A DNA stretch of 64,000 nucleotides from Candidatus Hermodarchaeota archaeon. GTDB lineage: Archaea; Asgardarchaeota; Thorarchaeia; Thorarchaeales; Thorarchaeaceae. Below, piece after piece: positions 37,426 to 48,565 of this stretch. A program made the translations under genes and the position numbers. Every line of letters starts with the position of its first letter. Position 1 is the stretch's first letter. The notes beneath the pieces were generated by a model. That model was not told the origin of the DNA and searched no databases. It saw nothing but the letters and a program-made list of their open reading frames with translations. Location of the stretch: NCBI GenBank assembly GCA_048885865.1, contig JBHLLF010000016.1, positions 1 through 64,000 of the forward strand, given 5' to 3'.

Positions 37426-38238
37426 ATGGAAGACAAACAAAAGACAAGGAACGATGATACCATTCTAGAGTGTGAAGAACTGACCAAGGAATACACTTCA
37501 GGCCTCATAAGAACTAAGACCATTCTAGCTGCAAAGGATGCAACTTTCGATATCAAGAGAGGAGAAATCGTTGCTCTTGCAGGTGAGAGTGGTAGTGGAA
37601 AATCAACAATAGCTAGGATGATATTGAGGTTGATTGAACCCACTCATGGCTATATCGCTCTCAACGGGATAGACATCCAGTCATACAAAATACGAGAGTA
37701 CTATAAACAAGTCCAAGCAGTATTTCAAGACCCATACTCTGCATTCAATCCGTTCTACAAAGTTGACCATGTTATAAATAGAGCGTGGGGTCTTCGTGAA
37801 GATGCCCTCGATGATGATGAAAGAAAAGAGGTTGTTGAGTCTACATTCTCGTCTATCGGATTAAATCCCGACGAGGTGTTGGGTAGGTACCCTCACGAGT
37901 TAAGCGGTGGTCAAATGCAGCGACTCCTTATCGGAAGATCGCTTCTCATCGGTTCACAACTTCTGATAGCTGATGAACCTACAAGCATGATAGATGCATC
38001 CACTCGAGCTGGTGTCTTGAACCTACTTCTTAATCTGAAAAAGGAGAAGGATTTGTCTGTTCTATTCATAACACATGACATCGGCCAAGCCCAGTACCTT
38101 TCAGATAGAGTTCTGATTATGAAGGAAGGATATATTGTCGAACAAGGCTCTGTCGATGACGTTTTCTGTAGACCGGAGCACGCATACACAAAGGAACTTC
38201 TTGCAGCAGTGCCTAGTCTATACGAAAAATGGGAGTAG
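37426..38238 (+). CDS. ABC ATPase (OppF-like)
   Basis: GESGSGKST, LSGGQMQR and DEPT motifs. Confidence 0.93.
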   Translation: MEDKQKTRNDDTILECEELTKEYTSGLIRTKTILAAKDATFDIKRGEIVALAGESGSGKSTIARMILRLIEPTHGYIALNGIDIQSYKIREYYKQVQAVFQDPYSAFNPFYKVDHVINRAWGLREDALDDDERKEVVESTFSSIGLNPDEVLGRYPHELSGGQMQRLLIGRSLLIGSQLLIADEPTSMIDASTRAGVLNLLLNLKKEKDLSVLFITHDIGQAQYLSDRVLIMKEGYIVEQGSVDDVFCRPEHAYTKELLAAVPSLYEKWE

Positions 38239-38399
38239 AAGCCAAGAAACTTGGGCATTTAGTGGGTTCGACAATCGGAGGTTTTTTCAGATTTCTCTTT
38301 TTTTCAGCACTTTTTTTTCCATTATGACTCCGAGAATGCTTATGTATTCCAATCAAACTGCTTAACTATTCGCATAATACTTAGGAAGGGAATTTCAAA

Positions 38400-40376
38400 A
38401 TGAAAATGGAAAATAGGGTTACATCCGCTTTGATCATCAGCATCTTAGTGGGTGTAATGGTCCTATCCAGTTTCAGTGTGAATCCTGTCTTTGCTCAAAC
38501 CACTGTACCGAGACATGAAACAGTGTGGGGAGCTGGCTTCGGGATGAACACTGGAAGCTATGTTCCTTGGAACGCAGGTTCAAACCAAGGTTGGACAACC
38601 TACCTGATGTATGAACCAATGTTCGGGACTAACGTAGCAACAGGAGAGATCATTTGCTGGTTAGGAGATAGTATCGAATGGTTAGATACAGACACTATTC
38701 AGATAACACTGAGAAACAGTCTTCACTGGACCTCAATAGGCAGTAGTCTGGTTACGAACACTACTTCCATTACAACTGATGATGTCATCTACTCGTTTGA
38801 AATATACGAGCAAACTGGTCAAATCGGTTCTCTAGTACAGAGGGTAGGAGAAATCAGCACCGCTTTCGAAAAGGTCAGCGATACAGTACTGAATGTACAC
38901 GTTCTTCCAGCATATGCAGGGAGTGAGGAGGTCTATCGCCAACTGACATATGGTTTCCTCATATTTCCGGAGGCAGTGTGGTCAGACATCAATGCAACAT
39001 ACAGTGGAGACCTTTCAACATACACCAATGATTGGCAGGACACCGAAATGGTGGAAGATGATTGGAAAGTCGCATCTGGTATGTACCTACCATATTTCCA
39101 TGACGCTACACAGACAATTGGAAAAGTTAACGATAACTGGTGGGGCGTAGATGACACAGATTTCGGTAGACTACCTGAGCCAACCTATTTCGGATATACA
39201 TCATACGCCAGCAATGAACTTGCACTTCTTGCTATGCAAAATGGAGATCTTGATTGGGATGGCAACTATCTTGCAGGACTTGATGAAGTCAAGGAAGACT
39301 ACCCGAATATCGTCACCTACTTTGATGAGCTACCATTCTTCCCAGACAAGTCGCCAGTGATGCTTGTTCCAAACCACCAGAACTACCCGCTGAATCAGAC
39401 CTGGCTCCACAAGGCCATGTCCATGGTGCTAAACTACAGCGCTATGAGTGATGTTTCAAGTGGTTACTTGAAGGATCCCAGTCCATTTCTGATTCCTGCA
39501 GATGATGAAGCTGCTAGAGCACTCTTGAACGAAACACTCGAAGCAGAGTACGCAATTGAGTACGACGCAGCTGCTGCGGTTGCAATTCTGGAAGAGTACT
39601 GCACCCTTAAAGATGGAGTATGGTGGACGAAGGAAGGAGTCACACCCAGTGATCCGGTTCAACACTATCCACTTCAAGAATGGAATCAGGCAGCCAATTC
39701 AACTGCGCCATACACAATCCTTGACTTCATGGGATGGACTGATGTGAATGCAATGGACCAAGTAGCAGCTCAGGCATTCTCTAGCCTGTTGAACATACAG
39801 ACTCAAGTCGAGTTCATTAGCGGTTGGGGCACTGTTCAGGTAAGAATGAACAATTACAACTTCGATCTTGCTAACATGGTCATGTCTGGTCAAATCAACA
39901 TGAACATGTATGAACGCTACTTCCAGATGTTCTCACCCGATAGTGCTAGCGCGGGTGGAGGAGTGAATGCCCCTCTGGGCGGCTGGTATAATCAGACATT
40001 CATTGACCTCATCGAGGAGCTTGACACCCACCCTGCAGGTTCAGCTGCACAATGGGCTGTTGCTAATGAGCTGCAAACGATTCTCGGTGAAGTAATGCCT
40101 GTTATACCATTGGCAGGACATGCTGACTGGCAAGTCTATAGTACTTCGTACTGGACTGGTTGGCCCAACAGTGTGACCAATCCGATGCTACCAAGCAGTC
40201 CCTTTGCGGGTGTTACACAGAATGCGAACCTGCTTGCCATTGTCTTCGGGTTGGAATCAACGGGAGCAACAACACCGCCTCCACCACCGCCTGATAACAC
40301 TCTTCTCATTGTGGTAGTTGGAATTGGTCTTGTGGCGATTGTTGCAGTCGTTGTAATCTATATGCGTAGAAAGTAG
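38400..40376 (+). CDS. Family 5 solute-binding protein, probably oligosaccharide-binding, membrane anchored
   Basis: Signal peptide; VPRHETV, YEPMF and YWTGWPN motifs; poly-Pro plus TM and RRK; lies between GH94 and GH116. Confidence 0.88.
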   Translation: MKMENRVTSALIISILVGVMVLSSFSVNPVFAQTTVPRHETVWGAGFGMNTGSYVPWNAGSNQGWTTYLMYEPMFGTNVATGEIICWLGDSIEWLDTDTIQITLRNSLHWTSIGSSLVTNTTSITTDDVIYSFEIYEQTGQIGSLVQRVGEISTAFEKVSDTVLNVHVLPAYAGSEEVYRQLTYGFLIFPEAVWSDINATYSGDLSTYTNDWQDTEMVEDDWKVASGMYLPYFHDATQTIGKVNDNWWGVDDTDFGRLPEPTYFGYTSYASNELALLAMQNGDLDWDGNYLAGLDEVKEDYPNIVTYFDELPFFPDKSPVMLVPNHQNYPLNQTWLHKAMSMVLNYSAMSDVSSGYLKDPSPFLIPADDEAARALLNETLEAEYAIEYDAAAAVAILEEYCTLKDGVWWTKEGVTPSDPVQHYPLQEWNQAANSTAPYTILDFMGWTDVNAMDQVAAQAFSSLLNIQTQVEFISGWGTVQVRMNNYNFDLANMVMSGQINMNMYERYFQMFSPDSASAGGGVNAPLGGWYNQTFIDLIEELDTHPAGSAAQWAVANELQTILGEVMPVIPLAGHADWQVYSTSYWTGWPNSVTNPMLPSSPFAGVTQNANLLAIVFGLESTGATTPPPPPPDNTLLIVVVGIGLVAIVAVVVIYMRRK

Positions 40377-40385
40377 AAACAAGAG

Positions 40386-40430
40386 AGGAGGTTGCTGATG
40401 AAAATCGCAACCTTCCTTCTTTTCTTTTTT
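40386..40430 (+). terminator. Stem-loop plus U-tract between convergent genes
   Basis: AGGAGGTTGC...GCAACCTTCCT followed by TCTTTCTTTTTT. Confidence 0.65.
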
Positions 40431-40443
40431 GAATTCGAACAGA

Positions 40444-42852
40444 CTACTCACGACTTCGGAGAGCATGTTCGATGGCCCAGATTGACAGTGGACGCATGTA
40501 CATCGAGGCTCTGAAGTTGGTTTCTTCGGTCCAAGCCTCAGGTGTACGGAACCAGTAGCCTCTATCCCTGTAAGTTGTATTGTAGACACCAAGTGCGGTC
40601 TTCATACCTTGATCTATCAGACCAGCATGGATCATGAAGGCCGCTAGTGCATAGGTAGTTCCCGTCCAGACCTCTGAACTCTGTGCACAGGTATTGTCCG
40701 GCGTCCCATCGGGACGCATGCCATTCACTGCCCCGATTTGTCCAAGCTGGAACCTCAGCACATTGAAGTTGTAGATTGTCTGAAGGGTGGAGAGCTCGTT
40801 CTTCTCGGGGATTATGCTGGGCAGTCCACAAGCACGCATGTACCACTGTCCGGCAAGCTGATCAGCCATAATGCTGTCATGATGCCTTGCGGTGCTGCTG
40901 TCAAAGTCATAGTATCGTCCATTCCAGAGCTTCTCTTCAAAAGACCGCTGCCCATTCTCAAGTATCATGCGGTATTTCTTCTCTGTGCTCTCATCTCCCA
41001 GTATCCTCGACATGGCAATCATTGCCTGGGCTGCTCCCAAGTATAGACTGCCACAATAGGCACTAGGACCTTCCATTCTCCAGTTATCATACGTCTGGTC
41101 AGGAAATCCTTCATTTTCTGGGATTCCATCAAAATCCTTGTCGAATGCATCGACATATTCCATAGCTTGCTTCACTGCTGACCAGCAGTATTTCAGGAAT
41201 TCCTCCTCTTCTGTAAACGCGTAGTTTCGATAGACTTGGAGAATAAACTTCGGATTCAGGTCCTTCCATCTTCCGCAATCTAGGTATGCGTAGGCATTTG
41301 TAGAATGCCATGGGTCCTCCTGAGGCATCCCCAAGTCATGAGGCACGGCACCTTTGGGTTTTCTGGGAACTACCTTCTTATCGACAAGCAAGGTGTGTTG
41401 TCGCTCATCGTTGGTATCAACAGTATCCGCGAAATCTCTCTGAATGCTATTATCAAGCTCAGGCCAGTTCATCAGAGTTGCAAAGGATGCATAGTACAAT
41501 ACATCGTAGGTATTCATGTAGGGATATTCGAAGCATTCGAGATATCCGAAATGACCTAAACCTCTGACTCCAACTTTGTCATCGACCTCTCCAACAACCC
41601 ATGAGGAGCTGCTGTCAACCAGGAAATACAATTCATTGAGGAGGCCCGTTTTGAGCCATGCTGGTCGGTCTGATTCTACTATGGATCTTTGCCACTCTAC
41701 GATGCTTTCGTCCCAAGCTCTCCAGTTGTCAAGAGCTTCTTTGACAAGCGGAACAGCATATTCTCCGTCAACTCCATAGAACCGAGTGTAGTACTTGTAC
41801 CATCTTCGGCCTTCTCCAAACTGGATTATCGGGATATCCCAACTAAGTGCAAAGATGATCTCAGTTGATTCCTCAGGTTCTAGATGTGCTTTCGCGCACA
41901 GTGCGCCACCTTGTTTGTGAGGTCTCTTCGTCGGTTTTGGCTCTGCTTCCACCAAGACTCCGTTTGACTTGAAACTCCTCCACAATTCCCGACCCCTTGA
42001 CTCAGTATCAAATCGTGTAAGACTTGTGAGCTCGGTCTCTTTCGAGCCTTCAATTCCCATACCAAATGAAACAGGACTGGCAGCCTCGATACGTTCTTGG
42101 CGGAGATCCAGGAAAAGACGGTTGAGGTTCGAGGAATCAATGAGTGTGTGTGTGCAATCAATGCAAGGCTGAGTGGGCGATACCGCATTTTCCCAAGTGA
42201 ACATCAGTGAAACATCAAGACTCCTGTCCGATACATTTGTTATTCTCCATGAAAAGACACCCACAGGATAGGAGCTCTCCTGATAGTTATGACCTATGAC
42301 AGGAGAAAGCTGCTGGCATGTTGCCTCTATTCCAGCATCTCGAAAGTTATAGGTTGTCCATGCCCGTGGGAACAACGCATGATATGTGGCGCGTGAAGCG
42401 CGCATTCCCCAACTCCATGAGGCCAGTCGCTTCCCTTTTGGAGTTCTTGGGTTCAATGTCTGAAGAAATGGACGGCCCATTCCTTCAATTCTCAGGTGAA
42501 ACTGATTCGGTAAAGAGGGATGATATTCATGCGCGCCAGTTCGAAGATGCCATCTGGCGAAATCACCTTTATACCCCCGTCCAATACTACCGCAGCCCAA
42601 ACCTCCTATGGGAATTCCTTGATTGAAGCCATCATCAATCGGCTTAGTTGGAGGGCACGGTAGCATTTCCCAGAATTGCTCATCAAGATCAATCGGAACC
42701 TCCGCCAAATTGGGCCAGACCATGCTTGGCTCAAGACCCATAGGATAGCTTCTGGGTCTTCCTGGTTGCAGCGGACCCTCATTCAGTGAAATAGTCCATG
42801 CGCAGTCTGGAATCTGGAAGGGCATTCTGATGTCTCCAATAGTGGGAGCCAA
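40444..42852 (-). CDS. GH116 beta-glucosidase / non-lysosomal glucosylceramidase (GBA2-like)
   Basis: GIPIGGLGCGSIGR, YLECFEY..NTYDV, PHDLG, DQTYD and YMRPLSIW motifs. Confidence 0.93.
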   Translation of the reverse strand: MAPTIGDIRMPFQIPDCAWTISLNEGPLQPGRPRSYPMGLEPSMVWPNLAEVPIDLDEQFWEMLPCPPTKPIDDGFNQGIPIGGLGCGSIGRGYKGDFARWHLRTGAHEYHPSLPNQFHLRIEGMGRPFLQTLNPRTPKGKRLASWSWGMRASRATYHALFPRAWTTYNFRDAGIEATCQQLSPVIGHNYQESSYPVGVFSWRITNVSDRSLDVSLMFTWENAVSPTQPCIDCTHTLIDSSNLNRLFLDLRQERIEAASPVSFGMGIEGSKETELTSLTRFDTESRGRELWRSFKSNGVLVEAEPKPTKRPHKQGGALCAKAHLEPEESTEIIFALSWDIPIIQFGEGRRWYKYYTRFYGVDGEYAVPLVKEALDNWRAWDESIVEWQRSIVESDRPAWLKTGLLNELYFLVDSSSSWVVGEVDDKVGVRGLGHFGYLECFEYPYMNTYDVLYYASFATLMNWPELDNSIQRDFADTVDTNDERQHTLLVDKKVVPRKPKGAVPHDLGMPQEDPWHSTNAYAYLDCGRWKDLNPKFILQVYRNYAFTEEEEFLKYCWSAVKQAMEYVDAFDKDFDGIPENEGFPDQTYDNWRMEGPSAYCGSLYLGAAQAMIAMSRILGDESTEKKYRMILENGQRSFEEKLWNGRYYDFDSSTARHHDSIMADQLAGQWYMRACGLPSIIPEKNELSTLQTIYNFNVLRFQLGQIGAVNGMRPDGTPDNTCAQSSEVWTGTTYALAAFMIHAGLIDQGMKTALGVYNTTYRDRGYWFRTPEAWTEETNFRASMYMRPLSIWAIEHALRSRE

Positions 42853-43040
42853 TTATTATTGAGGGAACAACTTAGAGTGTAGTGCAAATACCGTTTAAGT
42901 GCTTTCCATTTACTCTGGTAGCTAGTCTTGTGGATTATCGAATGTAGATTCTCTGAAGCCTAAAAGTGGCGTAATTCGCTCAAATACTGGAACTCATCTG
43001 GATTCTGAGCATTAAATTCGTTTCACGTTTCTGCCTAGAT

Positions 43041-46000
43041 TCATCCGGATATTGCATACCTCACGAAATCCTCAGCCAGTACTCGATCAAGTGTTTTGAT
43101 GAAGAACTCGGCGTTATCCCTGGTGAACACTAGAGGGGGTTTGATTTTGAGGACATTGTTGAAAGGACCATCCGTGCTAATAAGTACACCAAGATCTTTC
43201 ATCCGATTGGCGACGTAACTGGCTTGTTCAGTTGCAGGAGTTAGAATCTCATGATTAAGGACCAATTCTACGCCTATGAATAGACCAAGCCCTCTCACAT
43301 CGCCTATGATTCTGTGTTTCTTCTTCAGTTTGTAGAGCTCATCAATCATGTAGTATCCGACTTCGTAAGCGTTCTTTTGCAGGCCTTCCTCTTCGATGAC
43401 ATCAAGCACAGCCATTCCCACTGCACATGAAACCGTGTTTCCACCTGTAGTGCTAAAGAACTCCATCCCTGTATTGAAGGAATCCGCAATCTCCAGTGTT
43501 GTTATGACAGCACCTATGGGATGGCCATTTCCGATGGGTTTGCCAAGGGTCACAATGTCAGGAACAACACCCTGCGTTTCGAAGCCCCAGAAGTGACTTC
43601 CAACCCGACCGAATCCCACCTGCACCTCATCCACGATACATACTCCTCCAGCATCGCGAACATAGCCAAACGCATTTCGGAGATAATTATCAGGAAATAT
43701 GATTTGACCCGCGCAACCCATCAGCGGCTCACAAATGAACGCGGCCACTCCTTTTCCCTCATCCAGATCGAGAATCTTTTTGAGAACGTCCATTGCATAC
43801 TTCTCACCGGCTTCTGGATTGTCAGACTTGAAGAGACCCCTGTAAACGTCTGGAGTGCTCACTTTGTGCACTTGTGGCGAAGCACCCTCACCTCCGGGTC
43901 CATCAAACTTGTAGGGACTGATGCCCACAAGTGTGCCTGTGTTTCCATGATAGGCTCCATCAATTACAATTAATTCGGTCTGCTTGGTGTGAGCGAATGC
44001 GAGTCTTAGGGCAAGCTCATTGGCTTCACTACCGCTATTGACGAAGAAACATACACTTAATGAGCCAGGCAATTTTTCACAGAGGCGTTCTGCATATTTC
44101 GCCAAGTTCTCATGGAGATATGTGGTATTTGTGTTTAAGACCCTTGCCTGACGTGTAAGTGCGGCTACAACTTTCGGATTAGAATGGCCTACATGTGGAA
44201 CGTTATTTCTAGCATCCAAGTACTGCTTTCCATTCGCATCATACAGATATTGCATCTCACCGCGGACAATGTGAAGCGGCTCATCGTAGGCGGTTCTAAG
44301 TGACTTGCCTGTGTATCTTTGGCGAGTTTCCAAGACGGCTCTGGAATCCATTGGAGCTGATAGCCGATCTTCTGGTAGTTGTAGTATAATGTTCGGATCA
44401 GGACAAATGCTCAGCCACACATCTTTCATGCTCGGAGGGGCAACACCGAAGAAATCCCCTTTTCTATCGAACATGTCTACTATGAGTTGAAAATGCAGAT
44501 GAGGTGGCCATCCCCCGTTCTCCGGATACGGTCCCACATTCGCAATCACTTGCCCCTTCTTTATTTCGTCACCTTCAGCAAGGCCAACAAGAGACCCCGT
44601 GGTAAGATGGGCATAAAGCGTGTAGAACTTATCATCAGTAAAACCGACGCTATGCTCAAGAACGATTGTGGGTCCGTTATCTAGAGGCAAATCGTTATTC
44701 TTTAGACTATGTATCTTACCGTCCAGAGGAGCTAGAATCTGTGTTCCAGGCTCCATTATCAGATCAGTAGCAATATGAATGGTCCTTAACTCACCAGCAG
44801 GCTCTAGATATTGCTCACCAGCATAGATTAGTCTGGCCTCATTGTATCTCGCTATGCCGTATTTGGCCTCTCCATCACCTATTCCTTGTGTCATGATGGC
44901 TGAGAGCTTATTGACGTCAGTCAAGTCTGATATCTTCTCAATATCAGGACTGCCAACGCTGAGGTCCACCACAGTGAATGGGGCTTTTCGGATATCAAAC
45001 TCAATCAACGGCCCGATATCTCTTGCATTCTCTCTCAGCCACTCTACAACCCTCTCACTCGTGGGACATGGAGCAAGTCCACACGCATGACGGAACACAT
45101 ATGCTGCGAATCTATGATGAACTTCCATTAGACGCTTTAAGAGGTCCCAGACTTCCTTCTGGCTTACGAGGAGATACTTATTGTCAGGTTCAAGTTGTGA
45201 CTGATAACCGGCAATTGCGATGCTTGTGGCGAGTCGCGCCAAAATTAGAGGGAAGAGAAGTTCTATCTCAATCTCGGTTAGGGGATACTTGGAGTGATAT
45301 CCTCCTACAACATGGGATGCAGCTCCAATTGGATCAGCCTTCCCTAGGATAGCATATGCGATTGCTACAGCAAGCTCATTGACAGTATGTGTCAGCACCA
45401 TGTCACCAAAGTCTAGAATGCCAAACCGAGCCTCTTCAAGTGGATAGGGGTTTGAAACCAGAACATTATGGTCATTTGCATCATTGTGCACAACGCTAGT
45501 TCTTAGGTCAGGCATTCGTGGAACTACATGCTTGTCATAGATTGACATAACATATTCTATGGCTTCAGCCTTCTCTGATTCCTTGACATATTCCTTGTAC
45601 TTCTCTATAACAGAACTAGCCAGTTTTAGGTCCCAATAGAACATACGCTTCGTTGCAGGATGAGAGAAGCCCTCTAAACCGCAAGTCATTGCTCCGACGA
45701 ATTCTCCGAATTTAGTGAGAAGGCCAGGAGAATGTGGCTTTAGCTCAGCAAACATTGTTCCCGGTAGGTATCGAAGAAGTCTGACAAAGTGCTTGTTTTT
45801 CTTTGAGTCTTTTACAGTAAGAATCTCTTCGCCGTCCTTCGACAAGACAAAACGAGGCACATTGAAAGGAACAAGCTTATCTGACAGGTGCTGCATGGCT
45901 CGATTCTGCATATCCAAGATTTCTTCCTTCTCGGATGTGGCTGCGATTTTTAGGACATACTCGTCGCCAAGATCTGTTCGAATATAGAAGTTCAGATCAC

Positions 46001-46109
46001 GTTCACTTGGAAGCTCCCTTATGGTTCCCTTCACTCCAAATTTACTCTCAGTAATCTTCAGCGCCTCCTCGTCTGTAAACCGAGGACGATTCGCATCCCG
46101 CTCGAGCAT
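43041..46109 (-). CDS. Trifunctional APH-type kinase + M23 peptidase-like + class III aminotransferase-fold phospho-lyase (HYKK/PHYKPL-like)
   Basis: HNDANDHN and DFGD; HIATD, YAHL and PHLHFQ; [17 protein letters not shown] and LGKP. Confidence 0.9.
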   Translation of the reverse strand: MLERDANRPRFTDEEALKITESKFGVKGTIRELPSERDLNFYIRTDLGDEYVLKIAATSEKEEILDMQNRAMQHLSDKLVPFNVPRFVLSKDGEEILTVKDSKKNKHFVRLLRYLPGTMFAELKPHSPGLLTKFGEFVGAMTCGLEGFSHPATKRMFYWDLKLASSVIEKYKEYVKESEKAEAIEYVMSIYDKHVVPRMPDLRTSVVHNDANDHNVLVSNPYPLEEARFGILDFGDMVLTHTVNELAVAIAYAILGKADPIGAASHVVGGYHSKYPLTEIEIELLFPLILARLATSIAIAGYQSQLEPDNKYLLVSQKEVWDLLKRLMEVHHRFAAYVFRHACGLAPCPTSERVVEWLRENARDIGPLIEFDIRKAPFTVVDLSVGSPDIEKISDLTDVNKLSAIMTQGIGDGEAKYGIARYNEARLIYAGEQYLEPAGELRTIHIATDLIMEPGTQILAPLDGKIHSLKNNDLPLDNGPTIVLEHSVGFTDDKFYTLYAHLTTGSLVGLAEGDEIKKGQVIANVGPYPENGGWPPHLHFQLIVDMFDRKGDFFGVAPPSMKDVWLSICPDPNIILQLPEDRLSAPMDSRAVLETRQRYTGKSLRTAYDEPLHIVRGEMQYLYDANGKQYLDARNNVPHVGHSNPKVVAALTRQARVLNTNTTYLHENLAKYAERLCEKLPGSLSVCFFVNSGSEANELALRLAFAHTKQTELIVIDGAYHGNTGTLVGISPYKFDGPGGEGASPQVHKVSTPDVYRGLFKSDNPEAGEKYAMDVLKKILDLDEGKGVAAFICEPLMGCAGQIIFPDNYLRNAFGYVRDAGGVCIVDEVQVGFGRVGSHFWGFETQGVVPDIVTLGKPIGNGHPIGAVITTLEIADSFNTGMEFFSTTGGNTVSCAVGMAVLDVIEEEGLQKNAYEVGYYMIDELYKLKKKHRIIGDVRGLGLFIGVELVLNHEILTPATEQASYVANRMKDLGVLISTDGPFNNVLKIKPPLVFTRDNAEFFIKTLDRVLAEDFVRYAISG

Positions 46110-46136
46110 GATTATTCCACCTCAGACCTCCAATTC

Positions 46137-46571
46137 TCATTTCAATGGTAGATTATCGATAGCAGACTCCTCGAACTCTCCAGGGGCCAGATAAGTAACC
46201 TTCTTGGGCTCAATATGAATGAGTGCATAATTCGGGTCGTCAACACCAGACCAATAGTTCAGGAAATAACTGGTCGCATCAGCCACCTTCTTCTTCGTTG
46301 CAGCATCCTCAACAATATGAGCCTCGCCGGCTATTCGTAGATAACCTCGATTGTCGCCATGCTCTACCATTCTCAAGACTTCAACTCGCTTATTGCTAAG
46401 GATTTGCTTGATTTTCTTGGAATTGGTGCCAGTCAGCACATAGAGAGAACCGCCTGTTTTCACAAGTGTAACTGGTCTAACACGTGGCGAGCCAGCTTCG
46501 TTGGTTGCTAGATACACAGAAGATTCACTATTGAGAACATCTTCAGGAGTTGGAACCGAAGCGTCATTCAT
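46137..46571 (-). CDS. Pyridoxamine 5'-phosphate oxidase-like FMN-binding protein
   Basis: LAT..GSPRVRPV, SKKIKQI..N and DDPNY motifs. Confidence 0.85.
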   Translation of the reverse strand: MNDASVPTPEDVLNSESSVYLATNEAGSPRVRPVTLVKTGGSLYVLTGTNSKKIKQILSNKRVEVLRMVEHGDNRGYLRIAGEAHIVEDAATKKKVADATSYFLNYWSGVDDPNYALIHIEPKKVTYLAPGEFEESAIDNLPLK

Positions 46572-46628
46572 ACTACCTGTTCTAGCGGTATCAATACAGA
46601 TAAATCAAATCCCAGTGTTGCCACGGCT

Positions 46629-47126
46629 ATGAAAGAGGAGTGCCTTGACGAGGTCATGATAACAGTATTTCCGCCAATTCCAGGGATTGGTGTAGTTGAA
46701 GAGGACCCTATAGTGGAGGAGGATGCATGCGGAGATTCAACTCCTCCAGTGCCTACTCCTGGCGAAACCATAGATGGAGGTGCAGTGGTCATCTCATTGG
46801 CTCCGAAGGACCCAACTGACAAAATCACAGAAATGCTGCAGAAGGTCAAAGAGAAGTTCGGAGAAAGCGTCTGTCTTAGATATGCCAAGTATGATACAAC
46901 GGAGGACTCCGAAGAAGCACGGAGCTGGCTGAATGCAGCGCTGAGAGGTAGTGGTGACAACACAGTACTGGACCATCAGAAGTTCACGATGTTCATTGGC
47001 TCGACTGCACCGATCATCTCCATAAACAATAGGCTTTCATTCGTAGGAACGACACCAACTCTTCCTCAGCTTATTTCAAGAGTTTCTGCTGCCATAAGAA
47101 TGGCGGAAGAAAAGAGGGTAGAATAG
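46629..47126 (+). CDS. Hypothetical protein, thioredoxin/ArsD-like fold suspected
   Basis: C-terminal APIISINNRLSFVGTTPT resembles the cis-Pro beta-hairpin of thioredoxin-like folds. Confidence 0.55.
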   Translation: MKEECLDEVMITVFPPIPGIGVVEEDPIVEEDACGDSTPPVPTPGETIDGGAVVISLAPKDPTDKITEMLQKVKEKFGESVCLRYAKYDTTEDSEEARSWLNAALRGSGDNTVLDHQKFTMFIGSTAPIISINNRLSFVGTTPTLPQLISRVSAAIRMAEEKRVE

Positions 47127-47135
47127 GTCTCACCC

Positions 47136-47156
47136 CGGAATGCAAGCTGCATTCCG
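47136..47156. terminator. Perfect hairpin between convergent genes
   Basis: CGGAATGCA-AGC-TGCATTCCG. Confidence 0.6.
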
Positions 47157-47181
47157 AGGGAAACCTGAGAGGAGTGAAGAA

Positions 47182-48552
47182 TCAAGCTGCTTGTTCTTCT
47201 GAAGCTTTAGTTTCCGCTATTGACGGAATGCCATTAGGTGCGAGTGCGCCATCCATCAAGGCAGCATATGCCCCCATGTCGAAGTATCCGTGGCCAGAAA
47301 GGTTGAACATAATGACCTTGTCTTCGCCAGTTTTCTTGGCTTCACGAGCAGCATCTATCACAGCCTTTACAGCATGTGCAGACTCTGGTGCTGGGATGAC
47401 TCCCTCTGCCTTCGCAAAGACGATTGCAGATTCCAGAACGGGAATCTGATCATAAGCGATTGCACGAATGCGTCCCTCGATGAGAAGTGCACTAATAGAG
47501 GGCGCCACTCCATGATACCTCAGCCCACCAGCATGAATGGGGGGTGGGGTGAAGTCTTTTCCCAAGCTGTGCATCTTGACCATGGGGGTCATTCCTGCTG
47601 TGTCGCCAAAGTCATACTTGTATTCGCCCTTTGTCATGGAAGGACAGGCAGTTGGCTCAACGCCTATGAACTCTGTCGACTCAAAACGACCATCAGCAAT
47701 GAAAGGATAAGCTATGCCAGCAAAGTTGCTGCCGCCTCCCACACAACCAATGATAGCATCGGGTATCTGATCATCTTTCTCAAGTTGAATGATCGCTTCT
47801 TGTCCAATGACTGATTGATGAAGAAGGACATGGTTTAGAACGGACCCGATCGTGTACTTCGTGTCATCATTGGTCACAGCATCTTCAAGCGCCTCACTAA
47901 TCGCAATGCCTAGTGTTCCAGGATGGTCAGGTTTCTCCGACTTGATTTTCCTGCCAAATTCGGTTTTGTCAGATGGGCTTGGAACTATCTCAGCACCATA
48001 GGACCGCATAAGGGTACCACGATACCCCTTCTGTTCTAAGCTTACTCTCACCATGTAGACCATTGCCTTAAGCCCGAAGTGAGCGCATGAAAGAGATACC
48101 GCACTTCCCCATTGCCCGGCACCGGTTTCAGTAGCATATCTGGCAACACCCTCGTTTCGGGCATAGTATGCTTGTGCTAACGCAGTGTTGAGCTTGTGGC
48201 TACCTGTGGGCGATACATCCTCACGCTTGTAATAGATACGCGCGGGGGTGTTCAGGGCGGCCTCAAGACCAACTGCTCTTTGAAGCGGAGTGGGACGACC
48301 ATACATCATGTAGGCCTCCCGGACTTCATCAGGTATCGGCACTGTTCTTTCCATCGTCACTTCCTGCTTAACACACTCAACAGCAAAGATAGCCATCAAT
48401 GCTTCAGGACCGATTGGTTCTCCTGTGCCTGGATTCAGAGGAGGGGCCAGTGGCTCTTTGAGGTGAGGCAGAATGTTGACGTAATGGGTTGGTACTTCTT
48501 CTAAATCCAACAGGATTCTACTTACTTTTCTAGTCAATTCTGATCTCTCCAT
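47182..48552 (-). CDS. trpB2: Tryptophan synthase beta chain 2 (TrpB2)
   Basis: SPTGSHKLN, ETGAGQWG, GGGSN, IHAGGLRYHG and NLSGHG motifs; no trpA adjacent. Confidence 0.95.
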   Translation of the reverse strand: MERSELTRKVSRILLDLEEVPTHYVNILPHLKEPLAPPLNPGTGEPIGPEALMAIFAVECVKQEVTMERTVPIPDEVREAYMMYGRPTPLQRAVGLEAALNTPARIYYKREDVSPTGSHKLNTALAQAYYARNEGVARYATETGAGQWGSAVSLSCAHFGLKAMVYMVRVSLEQKGYRGTLMRSYGAEIVPSPSDKTEFGRKIKSEKPDHPGTLGIAISEALEDAVTNDDTKYTIGSVLNHVLLHQSVIGQEAIIQLEKDDQIPDAIIGCVGGGSNFAGIAYPFIADGRFESTEFIGVEPTACPSMTKGEYKYDFGDTAGMTPMVKMHSLGKDFTPPPIHAGGLRYHGVAPSISALLIEGRIRAIAYDQIPVLESAIVFAKAEGVIPAPESAHAVKAVIDAAREAKKTGEDKVIMFNLSGHGYFDMGAYAALMDGALAPNGIPSIAETKASEEQAA

Positions 48553-48565
48553 AGTAGGTTATATC

